A program made the position numbers and the translations under genes. A stretch of DNA of 64,000 nt from Dehalococcoidia bacterium (GTDB taxonomy: Bacteria > Chloroflexota > Dehalococcoidia > Bin125), in NCBI GenBank assembly GCA_965242485.1, contig CBDESM010000003.1, forward strand, positions 1,549,362-1,613,361, given 5' to 3'. Below are positions 1 to 9,696 of the stretch, one piece after another; position 1 is the stretch's first letter, and each line of letters opens with the position of its first letter. The notes beneath the pieces were generated by a model. The model was not told the DNA's origin. It saw nothing but the letters and a program-made list of their open reading frames with translations, and ran no database searches.

Positions 1-1
1 T

Positions 2-481
2 TCATTCCGCGACCCAGACACTGGCCAAACACACACCTACAACCAATACAACACAAAATCAACAAACAGAACCAATCAGCAATTCCTTGCAGCCTTTGAG
101 CAACATCTCCCTGCTGGCACAATAGAGACAGATTGCTATAGACTATGTGAGTTTCGGTATGTTGATCTAGATGAATCGCCAAATTGTCTTTCGTTTGAAA
201 AATTACGAGAAATAGGTCATGCCCCTGTAGGCGCTTGGGCTCCCACGGATAATCTGCCTTGCACTGGAGATTTCCACTCAAAGATTATCGATAATATATT
301 TGCTGTACTACCGTTATCGCCCGAGGTCTGTATTGTAAGAAATGGAAATCCTCACCCTTACATCGCAGGTTTAGCATTTCAAAGAACTCCGAGCATTCCC
401 CCCTTTATCATTGTCTTTGAGGATAATAAACGAACCGATTCGGGATACCTTGCATCTCTTCTGCAAACAGAGGTGCAATGA
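2..481 (+). CDS. Hypothetical protein, C-terminal fragment entering from upstream, in AT-rich segment
   Basis: Open frame from the window edge to the TGA at 479-481; GC is far below the rest of the window; no recognisable motif. Confidence 0.3.
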   Translation, partial: SFRDPDTGQTHTYNQYNTKSTNRTNQQFLAAFEQHLPAGTIETDCYRLCEFRYVDLDESPNCLSFEKLREIGHAPVGAWAPTDNLPCTGDFHSKIIDNIFAVLPLSPEVCIVRNGNPHPYIAGLAFQRTPSIPPFIIVFEDNKRTDSGYLASLLQTEVQ

Positions 482-899
482 GCTATGCCATGTCAATCAA
501 GCTTGGCATGAAGAGCAACAATTGCGATTAGATTCACTGTTTCATAGAATCAATAGAGTCAATAACTTCAACGACAGCAAACATGGAAAAGAATTCATTG
601 ACATCATAGGATTTACAACGACAGAGAATGGAACACTGGCACTGCCAACAGGCAGCATATATCGGGATATATATCACAGAAATAACGAAGGATGGGCCCG
701 TAATACCCTCGAGCTTGCAGCCGAACTTTGCGCTATATATTTAATAGATGCCATGGGGGAACCGAGTCCATATGAATGGCATCGATATAATATCGGGAGA
801 TTGCCGCAAAGGCAAAAATTTGACGTTGGCAAATACCTGACCCCCGAAGTTGTTGAGTGGCTGGAGACCTACATGATTCTGCCGGAGATCGCGGACTGA
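411..899 (+). CDS. Hypothetical protein (AT-rich island)
   Basis: 162-aa ORF in roughly 43% GC DNA; no recognisable domain; start uncertain because it overlaps the upstream partial ORF. Confidence 0.35.
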   Translation: MSLRIINEPIRDTLHLFCKQRCNELCHVNQAWHEEQQLRLDSLFHRINRVNNFNDSKHGKEFIDIIGFTTTENGTLALPTGSIYRDIYHRNNEGWARNTLELAAELCAIYLIDAMGEPSPYEWHRYNIGRLPQRQKFDVGKYLTPEVVEWLETYMILPEIAD

Positions 900-926
900 G
901 CATGGCGGTCTTGGTCGGCGTGCGAC

Positions 927-1121
927 TCAGCCGCCGGGGCCGGTGATGGGCGGGAGGGAGAGGCGTTGGGAGGTGCGGCAGCGGCGGCAGCGCCAGCGGA
1001 CGGTGACGGTGCCTTTGGGCGGGCGTTCGAGTTCGCAGGCTAGTGCGCCTTGGCCGTGCTTGCGGCTGGGGCAGGCGGGGTTTTGGCAGCGGATTTGTTC
1101 GCGGATCATTTGCTTGGGCAT
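927..1121 (-). CDS. Small zinc-ribbon protein (C-x4-C ... C-x2-C)
   Basis: 64 aa with CQNPAC and CRRC pairs; lies directly downstream of, and co-oriented with, the 628-aa gene. Confidence 0.3.
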   Translation of the reverse strand: MPKQMIREQIRCQNPACPSRKHGQGALACELERPPKGTVTVRWRCRRCRTSQRLSLPPITGPGG

Positions 1122-1172
1122 GGATCGGTTCCTTTCGTTGGCGGCGGCGGAGCGCTGCGGCTGGCGGCGGGG

Positions 1173-3059
1173 TCAGAGGATTCCGGGGGCGGCATCGAGG
1201 TCGCCGAGGCTGCCGAGATCGGGCGCGAGGGGCGGTGTGAGCGGTGGCGGGACTGCTGCGTCCGCGGGGGCGGTTGCAGGAGCGGCTGGGTGCTGGCCGG
1301 CGGCGCGGGCGAGTTCGTGCTGGAAGGCGGCGCGTTCTAGGAGCCAGCGGCGGTGGCGGGCGATGGCGGCTTCGGGGTGCTCGTCGCCGATGTACTGCTC
1401 GAGGTAGCCGCGCTGGTCGAGCGGATCCAGCGGGTCGTTGAGGCGGGCGCGGCCGTGCTCCTGGATGGCGATGCGCTGGGCCTGGCTGTAGGGGTCGATG
1501 CGGACGTCGATGTCGAGCGAGGGGATGCCGGCGGGGTCGACGCCGACGACGGTGTCGCGGAGGAGGCGGCCTTCGCGGGTGCAGGCGAAGACCCAGACGG
1601 GCTCGCCGAAGCCGCCGTCGGCGGCGGGCTTGGACATGACCATGGCCATGTTGCGGAGCATGGTGCGGACGGCGCGTGCCTGCTGCTGCTTGAGGTGCTG
1701 GACTTGGGCGTTGCGCGCGGAGAGGAGGAGGTTGAGCGTGTGCGGGCGTGTGTTGGGGCCGGCCTCGCCCTGGAGGATGGCGCCGGTGTCGGGCGCGGCG
1801 GCGGCGAGGTCTTCGGCGGCGACGCGCATGAATTCGATGAAGGCGGGATCGAGGCTGAAGTCGATCTTTTCGAGCGATGCGCCGGCGGGGAGGGAGCGGG
1901 CGGCCGCGGCCGAGGCGCTGACTTGGACGCGGACATCGTCGTCGTCGGTCTCGTAGCCGCCGCCTTCGAGGCGGATCCAGTAGAGCGGGACGGCGGCCTG
2001 GTCGGCGAGGACGCGGGCGAGGGAGCGGTCGTAGTCGAACATCGGTTTGACGCGGTAGACGCCTTCGAGCAGCGGTTCCCAGCGGCGGAGCGGGTCGGGA
2101 TGGTCGTTGACGTCGGCCGCGGCGATGGCGAAGGGCGGCATTTCGTAGGGGTGCGGGTGCGATTTGACGAGGGTCCAGCCGCCGTGTTCGGGCGCGGCGA
2201 GCTCGTAGTAGCGGGAGCGGGTCCAGAGCGCGGCGACGCGGATGCGCCCGCCCCAGCCGGCGGCGGAAGGGTCGGCATCGGACGGGACCCCGCCGGGGAC
2301 GGCAATTTCGAGGGCTGGGCGGCCGCGTCCGCGCTCGGGGCGGAGGTCGATGCGGTCCTGCGCGGCGAGGGCGGCGCGGTACTCGGCGAGGCCGATCTCG
2401 CGGAGGACGAGGGCGACGCCGATGCCGTTGGGCGCGAGGCGGTCTTCGATGAAGGCGAATTGGTCGGGGCGGACGACCTCGATGCGCCAAGGGAAGCCGG
2501 CGCGGGCCTTGGCGCGGCGGTCGCGTTCGCGGCGGGCGGCGAAGGACTCGGCGCTCGGGCCGCCGGCATCCGCGGACGGGAAGGGCGGCAGCTGGTCGGG
2601 GGAGCGCTGCCAGTGGAGGACGCCGTAGCAGAGGCAGACCTGGCCGTAGGCGAGTTCGCCTTGGATGCCGGCGGCGGAGCGTTCGTCGGCGAGGACGAGG
2701 CCGTGCTCGAAGACCTGTTCGAGGTCGTTGGCGGAGCGGCGCGCGGCTTCGGAGTCGTTGGGCGGCTCGACGTGGACGCGGAGCGGATGCTCGCGGAGGC
2801 GGACGCGGAGTTCGGACCAAGTGCGGCGTGCGAGGTCGGTCTGCCAGGCTTTGAACTCGTGGAACGGTTCGGGCAGGCGCGGGTCGGCGGCGGGGGCGTT
2901 GAAGAGGTGCTGCTCGCGTTCGCGGATGCGTTCGTGGAGGACGGCGAAGCGGGCCCGGCCGCCGCCGGCGGGGGCGCTGGCGGTTGACGCGGCGAGCCGG
3001 GCGATCAGGTCGGAAAGTTGGCCGAGGGAGAGGGGCGTCTCCGGAGCGGAGGGAGGCAT
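1173..3059 (-). CDS. Hypothetical 628-aa protein, no recognisable catalytic motif
   Basis: Long ORF with non-degenerate composition (not simply Arg/Pro-rich), co-directional with the upstream amidohydrolase gene; no P-loop or obvious nuclease motif. Confidence 0.55.
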   Translation of the reverse strand: MPPSAPETPLSLGQLSDLIARLAASTASAPAGGGRARFAVLHERIREREQHLFNAPAADPRLPEPFHEFKAWQTDLARRTWSELRVRLREHPLRVHVEPPNDSEAARRSANDLEQVFEHGLVLADERSAAGIQGELAYGQVCLCYGVLHWQRSPDQLPPFPSADAGGPSAESFAARRERDRRAKARAGFPWRIEVVRPDQFAFIEDRLAPNGIGVALVLREIGLAEYRAALAAQDRIDLRPERGRGRPALEIAVPGGVPSDADPSAAGWGGRIRVAALWTRSRYYELAAPEHGGWTLVKSHPHPYEMPPFAIAAADVNDHPDPLRRWEPLLEGVYRVKPMFDYDRSLARVLADQAAVPLYWIRLEGGGYETDDDDVRVQVSASAAAARSLPAGASLEKIDFSLDPAFIEFMRVAAEDLAAAAPDTGAILQGEAGPNTRPHTLNLLLSARNAQVQHLKQQQARAVRTMLRNMAMVMSKPAADGGFGEPVWVFACTREGRLLRDTVVGVDPAGIPSLDIDVRIDPYSQAQRIAIQEHGRARLNDPLDPLDQRGYLEQYIGDEHPEAAIARHRRWLLERAAFQHELARAAGQHPAAPATAPADAAVPPPLTPPLAPDLGSLGDLDAAPGIL

Positions 3060-3229
3060 GGAGGGTTCTCGTGCGCCTCAGCCCCTGCGGCGCCTGCGGG
3101 CCATCGTGCGGCGGCTGACCTTACGCCGGAGGCCGGAGATTTGTCAAACGGGCGTGCTATTGACGTTCGGCGCGGCACGACGCGACGCAGGTGGATCGGC
3201 GCACACGGGATTGGAGCGGAAGCTGCGGA

Positions 3230-4429
3230 TCAGCCGCCGGCTGCCGCTGCGGCCGCCTGCTGGATGCCTTCGGGCATCGCTTCGGGGAGGGAGATGTTGT
3301 AGAGCTTGGCCGCGTTTTCCCAGAGGATCTTGCGGCGGGTGGTTTCGGACTGGCCTTCGAGCCCGGCTTCGATGGTTTCCTGCACGTTGCCGTAGAGGCA
3401 GGTGGGGTGGGGGAAGTCGGTTTCGAAGAGGATGTTGTCTTCGCCGATGTCGTCGATCAGTTTGCGCGGGGCGATCTTTTCGAACCAGTAGCAGGCGTAG
3501 ACCTGCCGGCGGAAGTAGTCGCTGGGCATCATCTCGAACTCGGGGCGGGCCTTGCGGATGTCTGCGGCGAGGAAGTGGTAGTCGCAGCTTTCGAGACAGA
3601 AGGGGACCCAACCGATGCCGGATTCGACGGAGATGAATTTGAGTTCGGGGAAGCGGGGGAGGAGTCCGCAGAGGAGCAGGTCGGTCATCTGCAGGCCGTT
3701 GGCCATGAAGAGGACGGTGGAGGTGCGGGCGTAGGTGACTTCGGCGCCGTCGACGGCGAGGCGCTCGGGGGTGAAGCCGTCGGTGAAGTCGCCGGAGCCG
3801 ATGTGGAAGGAGATCGGCAGGCCGGTTTCGACGGCGGCGTTCCAGATCGGGTCCCAGTGATGGTCGCCGAGGAAGGGCTGGCCGTGCGACTGCGGGTCGC
3901 CGGTGAAGAGGATGCCGCGGTGGCCGAGATCGGCGGCGCGGTAGATCTCCTTGGCCGATTCCGCGACGTCCCAGAAGGGGATCGAGGCGTTGGCGACGAA
4001 GCGTTCGGGCGCGGCGTCGATCCATTCGGCTTGGAAGTCGTTCCAGGCGCGGACGCATTCGAGCATCAGCTCGGGCTCCTTGAGCTGGAGGAAGCGCTGG
4101 GAGCCGAAGCCGGCGACGTTGGGGTAGAGGACCTGGGCGTAGACGCCGGTCTCGTCCATGAGCTTGATCCGCTCGTGGACGTCGAAGGAAGCGGGGTGCG
4201 CTTCTTCATAGGTGGGAGGCGAGGAGGGGAACTTGCCCTTCCAGCCGGCGAAGACGCCGGAAGGCGCGTTGGCGATCTTGGCGTCGCCGACGAACCAGGC
4301 GTTGATGTTCTTGTCGTCCTGGCGGACATGGGGGACGCGGTCGCCCCACTTGGCGGAGACGCGGGAGGTCCAGAGGTCGGCGGGTTCGGTGATGTGGGTG
4401 TCGGCGTCGATGAAGGTGGTGAAGGGCAT
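3230..4429 (-). CDS. Amidohydrolase family 2 (ACMSD-like metal-dependent hydrolase)
   Basis: TIM-barrel amidohydrolase-2-like sequence (FETDFPHP, HIGSGD motifs). Confidence 0.75.
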   Translation of the reverse strand: MPFTTFIDADTHITEPADLWTSRVSAKWGDRVPHVRQDDKNINAWFVGDAKIANAPSGVFAGWKGKFPSSPPTYEEAHPASFDVHERIKLMDETGVYAQVLYPNVAGFGSQRFLQLKEPELMLECVRAWNDFQAEWIDAAPERFVANASIPFWDVAESAKEIYRAADLGHRGILFTGDPQSHGQPFLGDHHWDPIWNAAVETGLPISFHIGSGDFTDGFTPERLAVDGAEVTYARTSTVLFMANGLQMTDLLLCGLLPRFPELKFISVESGIGWVPFCLESCDYHFLAADIRKARPEFEMMPSDYFRRQVYACYWFEKIAPRKLIDDIGEDNILFETDFPHPTCLYGNVQETIEAGLEGQSETTRRKILWENAAKLYNISLPEAMPEGIQQAAAAAAGG

Positions 4430-4493
4430 GCTTGCTCCTGCTGATCCGCGATCGTGCCAATGCTAGCGATTCGGAGGCGCGGGCGCGCGGGGA

Positions 4494-6245
4494 TCAACGG
4501 ATGGCGGACTCGCCGGAGACGGCGCGGACGATGTCGAAGTAGGAAACGACGATGATGAAGATGATGAAGGCGGCGAGGCCGGCGAGGTGGACGAGGCCCT
4601 CGCGTTCGGGCGAGATGCGCTTCCCGCGGCGGAGGATTTCGATGAAGATGAAGAAGATGCGTCCGCCGTCGAGCATGGGCAGGGGGAGGATGTTGATGAT
4701 GGCGAGGTTGAGGGAGAGCAGGGCGGCGAGCTCGATCAGGCGGGCCCAGCCGGCGCGCTCGATGACTTCGCCGGTGACGCGGGCGATGCCGATGGGGCCG
4801 GAGAAGTCGAGGCCGGGGCCGCCGGCGATCCAGGAGCGGATGCGGTTGCGGACGATCAGGACGGTGTCGACGATCTGGCCGCCGGAGCGGGCGATGGAGT
4901 CGAAGAAGCCGTAGCCGACGCGGCTGGTGCCGGTGAGGTCGTTGCGGACGCCGATGCCGGTCGCGCCCTGGGGGATTTCGATTTCGGTGCCGGGCGGGGG
5001 ATGGCGCGGATCGATGCCGAGGGAGCGGTAGAGGGCGGAAGTGCGGATCCAGGGCTTGGCGGCGATCGCGCCGATGGTGTCGCCGTCTTCCACGACGTAG
5101 GAATCGCCGCCGGGCAGGTCGATCACGCGGCCCTCTTCGAGTTCTTCAGATTCGACGCCCCAAGCGCCGAGGACCTGGCCGGCGGTGACTCCGAGCAGAT
5201 CGGCGATCTCGGTGACGGATTCGCCCTCCCGGACGACGTGCCGGAGTTCGGAGGGGGCGAGGCGGAGGTGGACGGGCGCCTCGAAGGTTTCGGCGATGCG
5301 GACGTCGGCGGGGACGGAGGCGAGGGAGCCCGCGCCGTCTGACGCGGGGCGCTCGACGGTGAAGACGACGTTTTCGCCGAGGTTGGTCTGGGTTTCGCGG
5401 AGCAGGTCGGTGGTGTTGCGGATCGGCGTTCCGTCGAAGGCGACGATGCGGTCGCCGGGCTCGATGCCGGCGCGGTCGGCGGGCGCGCCGCTGATGACGG
5501 AGGTGACGATGACGGGCCCGTTGGGGACGTCGTCGGGGATGAGGTTGCCGATGGTGAAGAGGAAGACGGGCAGGACGGCGTTGACGGCCGCGCCGGCGGC
5601 GAGGATGACGATGCGGGTGGCGCGCGATTTGGAGCCGAGCGAGTGGGGGTCGGCGCCGGTGGTGATGCCGATGACGCTCTCGAAGCGTTCGAGGGCGGCG
5701 TCGGTGTCGGCCTGATCGCCCGATTCTTCGGCGCTGCGGAATTGGGCGACGATCGAGGGGGCGGCGGCGAACTCGGGGGCTTGGCCCGATTCGCGGTACA
5801 GGTCGCGGCGGGTGAAGCTCCAGTTCTTGATCGTGCCGTCGTCCTCGGTGCGGCTGTAGCTGATCATCGCTTCGCCGGAGGCGAGGGCCTCGGAGTACAT
5901 GCGGGCGAACTGGAGGCGGTCGTAGACGCGCTTGCCGCCGACGTGGCTGATGCGGTCGCCGGCGCGGAGGTATTCGGGGTCGATCAGATCGCGGTCGACG
6001 CCGTGGACGAGGATGCCCGAGGATTCCTCGCCGGTGAGGCGGACGAAGCCGCCGATGGGGAGCCAGTTGATCGAGTAGAGGGTGCCGCGGAAGACGCGGC
6101 CGGTGATGCGGGGGGGGAGGCCGACGCCGAACTCCTCGACGCGGACCTTGGCGAGCTTGGCGGTGACGAAGTGGCCGAGCTCGTGCAGGATGACGAGGAC
6201 GAGGAGGATGGCGATGAAGGCGAGGACGTAGGCGACGGTATCCAT
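4494..6245 (-). CDS. rseP: RseP/Rip-type site-2 zinc metalloprotease (M50) with PDZ domain and inserted LysM pair
   Basis: HELGHF zinc motif, C-terminal NILPLPMLDGG motif, PDZ segment, two LysM-like segments; start MDTVAY overlaps the dxr stop (ATGA). Confidence 0.85.
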   Translation of the reverse strand: MDTVAYVLAFIAILLVLVILHELGHFVTAKLAKVRVEEFGVGLPPRITGRVFRGTLYSINWLPIGGFVRLTGEESSGILVHGVDRDLIDPEYLRAGDRISHVGGKRVYDRLQFARMYSEALASGEAMISYSRTEDDGTIKNWSFTRRDLYRESGQAPEFAAAPSIVAQFRSAEESGDQADTDAALERFESVIGITTGADPHSLGSKSRATRIVILAAGAAVNAVLPVFLFTIGNLIPDDVPNGPVIVTSVISGAPADRAGIEPGDRIVAFDGTPIRNTTDLLRETQTNLGENVVFTVERPASDGAGSLASVPADVRIAETFEAPVHLRLAPSELRHVVREGESVTEIADLLGVTAGQVLGAWGVESEELEEGRVIDLPGGDSYVVEDGDTIGAIAAKPWIRTSALYRSLGIDPRHPPPGTEIEIPQGATGIGVRNDLTGTSRVGYGFFDSIARSGGQIVDTVLIVRNRIRSWIAGGPGLDFSGPIGIARVTGEVIERAGWARLIELAALLSLNLAIINILPLPMLDGGRIFFIFIEILRRGKRISPEREGLVHLAGLAAFIIFIIVVSYFDIVRAVSGESAIR

Positions 6246-7413
6246 CAGGGCGGTTCGATTCCGGCGATGCGCTGTTCCGTGAAGCGGCGGGCGGCGGCGT
6301 CGGCGCCGTCGATCTGTTCGAGGTCGAGCTCGTCGCCGGGCTGGTGCCGTTCGAGGGCGGCTTCGACGAGGCCGGGGATATCGGTATAGCGGATGCGGCG
6401 TTCGAGGAAGGCCCGGACGGCGATCTCGTCGGCTGCGGCCATGGCGGCGGGACAGGTGCCGCCTTGGCGTCCGGCCGCGATGGCGAGGCGGAGGCAAGGG
6501 TAGCGGTCGAGATCGGGGCGGGCGAAGTCGAGCGTGCCGACGGCGGCGAGGTCGAGCGGGTCGGCGGTGGGCCGGAGGCGTTCGGGGTAGCTGAGCGCGA
6601 GCTGGATCGGGAGCCGCATGTCGGGGTAGCCGAGCTGGGCCTTGACCGAGCCGTCGGAAAATTCGACGAGGGAGTGGACGATGGATTGGGAGTGTTGGAC
6701 CACTTCGACGGCGTCATAGGGGACGTCGAAGAGCCAGCGGGCTTCGATGGTTTCCATGCCCTTGTTCATGAGGGTGGCGGAGTCGACCGTGATCTTGTCG
6801 CCCATGTCCCAAGTCGGGTGGGCGAGCGCCTGCTCGGGGGTGACGTCGCGCAGCTGATCGGCCGGGAGGCGGCGGAGCGCGCCGCCGGAGGCGGTGAGGA
6901 TGATGCGGCGGACGTGGCGGGGCTGCTCGCCGAAGAGGCACTGCCAGACGGCGGAGTGTTCGGAGTCGACGGGGCGGAGCTGGCCGCCACCCTCGTCGGC
7001 GGCGCGGCGGACGAGGGCGCCGGCCATGACGACGACTTCCTTGTTGGCGAGGGCGACGGCGCCGCCGCGGCGGAGGGCGGCGAGCGTGGGTTCGAGGCCG
7101 GCGCGGCCGGCGGTGCCGACGACGAGCACGTCGCAGGCCGGATCGGCGGCCATTTCGTCCATCGAAGCGACCGATGCGCCGGCCTCGCGGGCGATGGCGT
7201 CGAGGCGGTCGCGCGGCTGATCGCCGCCGGTGTCGGCGCAGATGAAGGCGGGGCGGAACTCGCGGGCTTGTTCGCGGAGGCGGTCGAGGTTGCGGCCGGC
7301 GGCGAGGGCGCGGATCGTGAAGCGGTCGGGCATCGCGCGGACGACGTCGAGCGTTTGGCGGCCGATGCTGCCGGTGGAGCCGAGCACGGCGAGTTGGGCG
7401 GGTGCTTGAGTCA
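6245..7413 (-). CDS. dxr: 1-deoxy-D-xylulose 5-phosphate reductoisomerase
   Basis: LAVLGSTGSIG N-terminus and Dxr-like sequence; GTG start overlaps the cdsA stop (GTGA). Confidence 0.9.
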
Positions 7414-8268
7414 CGTGGTCCACTCGACGAAAAAGTACACGGCGGGGATGCCGAAGAGCAGCGAGTCGAGGCGGTCGAGCACGCCGCCGTGGCCGGGGAT
7501 CAGGGCCGAGGAGTCCTTGACGTCGTGCGCGCGCTTGAAGAGCGATTCGGCGAGGTCGCCGACTTGGGCGAAAAGGGGCAGCGCGAGGGCGAGGATGACG
7601 AGTGGCCAGATTTCGACGCGGAGGCCGAGAATCTGGTCGAGCGCGATGGCCGCGCCGAAGCCGCCGAGCCAGCCGCCGATTGCGCCCTCGACGGTTTTGT
7701 TGGGCGAGATCGCGGGGGCGAGGCGTCGGCGGCCGAGGCTGCGCCCGACGGCGTAGGCGGCGGCGTCGGTGCTCATCACGGCGAGGACGGCGAGCAGGAC
7801 CCACTCCGCGCCCTGATCCGCGCCGCGCAGCAGGACGAAGGCCGCGCCGGCGGTCGCGAACGCGGTCGCGGCGAGGGCGGAGACCGAGGATGCGCGCAGG
7901 GCGCGGCGGAGCGCGGGCAGGTCGGGCCCGCGGATGCGCAGCGCCGCGATGCAGGCGGGCAGCCCGAAGATCGCGAGGAGCGACCAGGCGAGGACGTGGT
8001 GGATCGGGGCGGCACCGGCCAAGGCGGCCGCCAAGGCCGCGCCGATGGCGGCGACGCCGAGCAGGAAGGCGAGCGAGCGGCGCGGCGCTCCGGTCGCGGC
8101 GGCGACCTCCCAGAACGCGATTGCGAGGGCGAGCGCGAGCAGCGCGGTGAAGAGCGGGCCGCCGACGAGGATGGCGGCGATGATCGGGGGGATGCCGACG
8201 GCGGCGGAGAGCAGGCGGAGTGCGAGCGGGCTGGCCGCGACGCGGGCCGGGAGGGCGGGGCGGCTCAC
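7411..8268 (-). CDS. cdsA: Phosphatidate cytidylyltransferase
   Basis: Polytopic membrane protein with a CdsA C-terminal motif (PGHGGVLDRLDS). Confidence 0.85.
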   Translation of the reverse strand: MSRPALPARVAASPLALRLLSAAVGIPPIIAAILVGGPLFTALLALALAIAFWEVAAATGAPRRSLAFLLGVAAIGAALAAALAGAAPIHHVLAWSLLAIFGLPACIAALRIRGPDLPALRRALRASSVSALAATAFATAGAAFVLLRGADQGAEWVLLAVLAVMSTDAAAYAVGRSLGRRRLAPAISPNKTVEGAIGGWLGGFGAAIALDQILGLRVEIWPLVILALALPLFAQVGDLAESLFKRAHDVKDSSALIPGHGGVLDRLDSLLFGIPAVYFFVEWTT

Positions 8269-8296
8269 GCGGCCCGCGTCCGCATTCCGGCGCCGG

Positions 8297-9088
8297 TCAG
8301 TCGCCGCGGCCGCCGAAGTTGCGGCGGCGGCGGGCGTAGGCCTCGAGTGCGTCGTCGATGTCGCGGTCGCCGAAGTCGGGCCACCAGGTGGGCGTGAAGA
8401 GGAACTCGGCGTAGGCCGACTGCCAGAGCAGGAAATTGGAGACGCGCTGGCGGCCGCCGGTGCGGATGATCAGGTCGGGATCGGGCAGGTCGCCGGTGTA
8501 GAGCCGGCGGGCGAGCGCAGCCTCGTCGATCTCGGAGGCGGGCACGCCCTCGCGGACGAGGTCGCGGACGGCGTCGACGATCTCGGCGCGGCCGCCGTAG
8601 TTGAAGGCGATGCAGACGGTCATCTGGTCGTTGCTGCGGGTCCGTTCGACGGCCTCGTCGATCTTGCGGCGCAGGCGATCCGAGAGCGCGTCGAGCCGGC
8701 CGATGTAGCGGAGGCGGACGCCGGCCTCGTCGAGCGGGCGCAGCTCGCGGTCGATGGTGCGCGAGAGGATGTTCATCAGGCCGCGCACTTCGGGGCGGGG
8801 GCGGGACCAGTTTTCGGTCGAGAAGGCGAAGAGCGTCAGCACGCGGACGCCGCGGCGGCCGAAGGCCTCGATCACGTGGCGGATATTTTCGGTGCCGGCG
8901 CGGTGGCCGTCGGTGGGCCTGAGGCCGCGGTGCTCGGCCCAGCGGCCGTTGCCGTCCATGATCACGGCGACGTGGCGCGGGACGGCGGCGGGGGACGCGG
9001 GCGGCTCGGCCGGCGCGGCGATCGGCGCGATCCGGGGCGGCGGGAGGGTGGCGATGGACGGGCGTGCAGGAGCTTGGCGGAGAGTCAA
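8297..9088 (-). CDS. uppS: Undecaprenyl diphosphate synthase
   Basis: HVAVIMDGNGRWA and FSTENWSRP motifs. Confidence 0.9.
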   Translation of the reverse strand: MTLRQAPARPSIATLPPPRIAPIAAPAEPPASPAAVPRHVAVIMDGNGRWAEHRGLRPTDGHRAGTENIRHVIEAFGRRGVRVLTLFAFSTENWSRPRPEVRGLMNILSRTIDRELRPLDEAGVRLRYIGRLDALSDRLRRKIDEAVERTRSNDQMTVCIAFNYGGRAEIVDAVRDLVREGVPASEIDEAALARRLYTGDLPDPDLIIRTGGRQRVSNFLLWQSAYAEFLFTPTWWPDFGDRDIDDALEAYARRRRNFGGRGD

Positions 9089-9105
9089 GTGGTGCGCCTC
9101 CGGTG

Positions 9106-9681
9106 CTAGACCTCGAGGAGCTCGCGCTCCTTCTGATTCCCCGCCGCGTCCACTTTAGCGATGAACTGCTTGGTGAGGGCGTCGAGCCGTTCTTCGGCGA
9201 CGTGCTCCTCGTCCTGCGAGATGTCGCCGTCGCGCTGCATCTTGCGGAAATCGTCGTGTACGTGGCGGCGGACGTTGCGGACGGCGACGCGCGCCTCCTC
9301 GGTCTTGCGGTGGACGAGCTTGACCAGTTCGCGCCGGCGCTCCTCGGTGAGTTCGGGCAGCACGAGCCGGATCAGGATGCCGTCGGACTGCGGGTTGATG
9401 CCGATGTCGGAGGCCTGCAAGGCCTTGGTGATCGGGTCGAAGGCGTTCTTGTCCCAGGGCTGGATCGCGATCAGGCGGGCCTCCGGCGCGTTGATCGTGG
9501 CGAGCTGGTTGAGGTCCATCGCGGTGCCGTAGTAGTCGACGCGGATCTTCTCGACGAGCGAGGAATGGGCGCGGCCGGTGCGGACGGCCTGGAGTTCGGC
9601 GTCGAGCGCGGAGACGGCGCCGGCCATGCGCGAGTCGGCGTCGTCGAAGGCGAGCTCGAACAGTTCCTCGTCGACGGCCAT
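9106..9681 (-). CDS. frr: Ribosome recycling factor
   Basis: Full-length Frr-like sequence; conserved position between pyrH and uppS. Confidence 0.9.
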   Translation of the reverse strand: MAVDEELFELAFDDADSRMAGAVSALDAELQAVRTGRAHSSLVEKIRVDYYGTAMDLNQLATINAPEARLIAIQPWDKNAFDPITKALQASDIGINPQSDGILIRLVLPELTEERRRELVKLVHRKTEEARVAVRNVRRHVHDDFRKMQRDGDISQDEEHVAEERLDALTKQFIAKVDAAGNQKERELLEV

Positions 9682-9696
9682 GGCGGGCTCCGCGGA

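Noticed and set aside
733-2820. 695-aa and 410-aa Arg/Pro/Ser-rich ORFs on the minus strand overlapping 1173-3059 (and the 544-aa plus-strand ORF 1353-2987)
   Set aside because: Low-complexity Arg/Pro/Ala translations typical of alternative frames in 70%+ GC DNA; the 628-aa frame has normal composition
5146-6717. 523-aa minus-strand ORF overlapping rseP/dxr in another frame
   Set aside because: Arg/Pro-rich artefact frame; the rseP and dxr frames carry the real motifs
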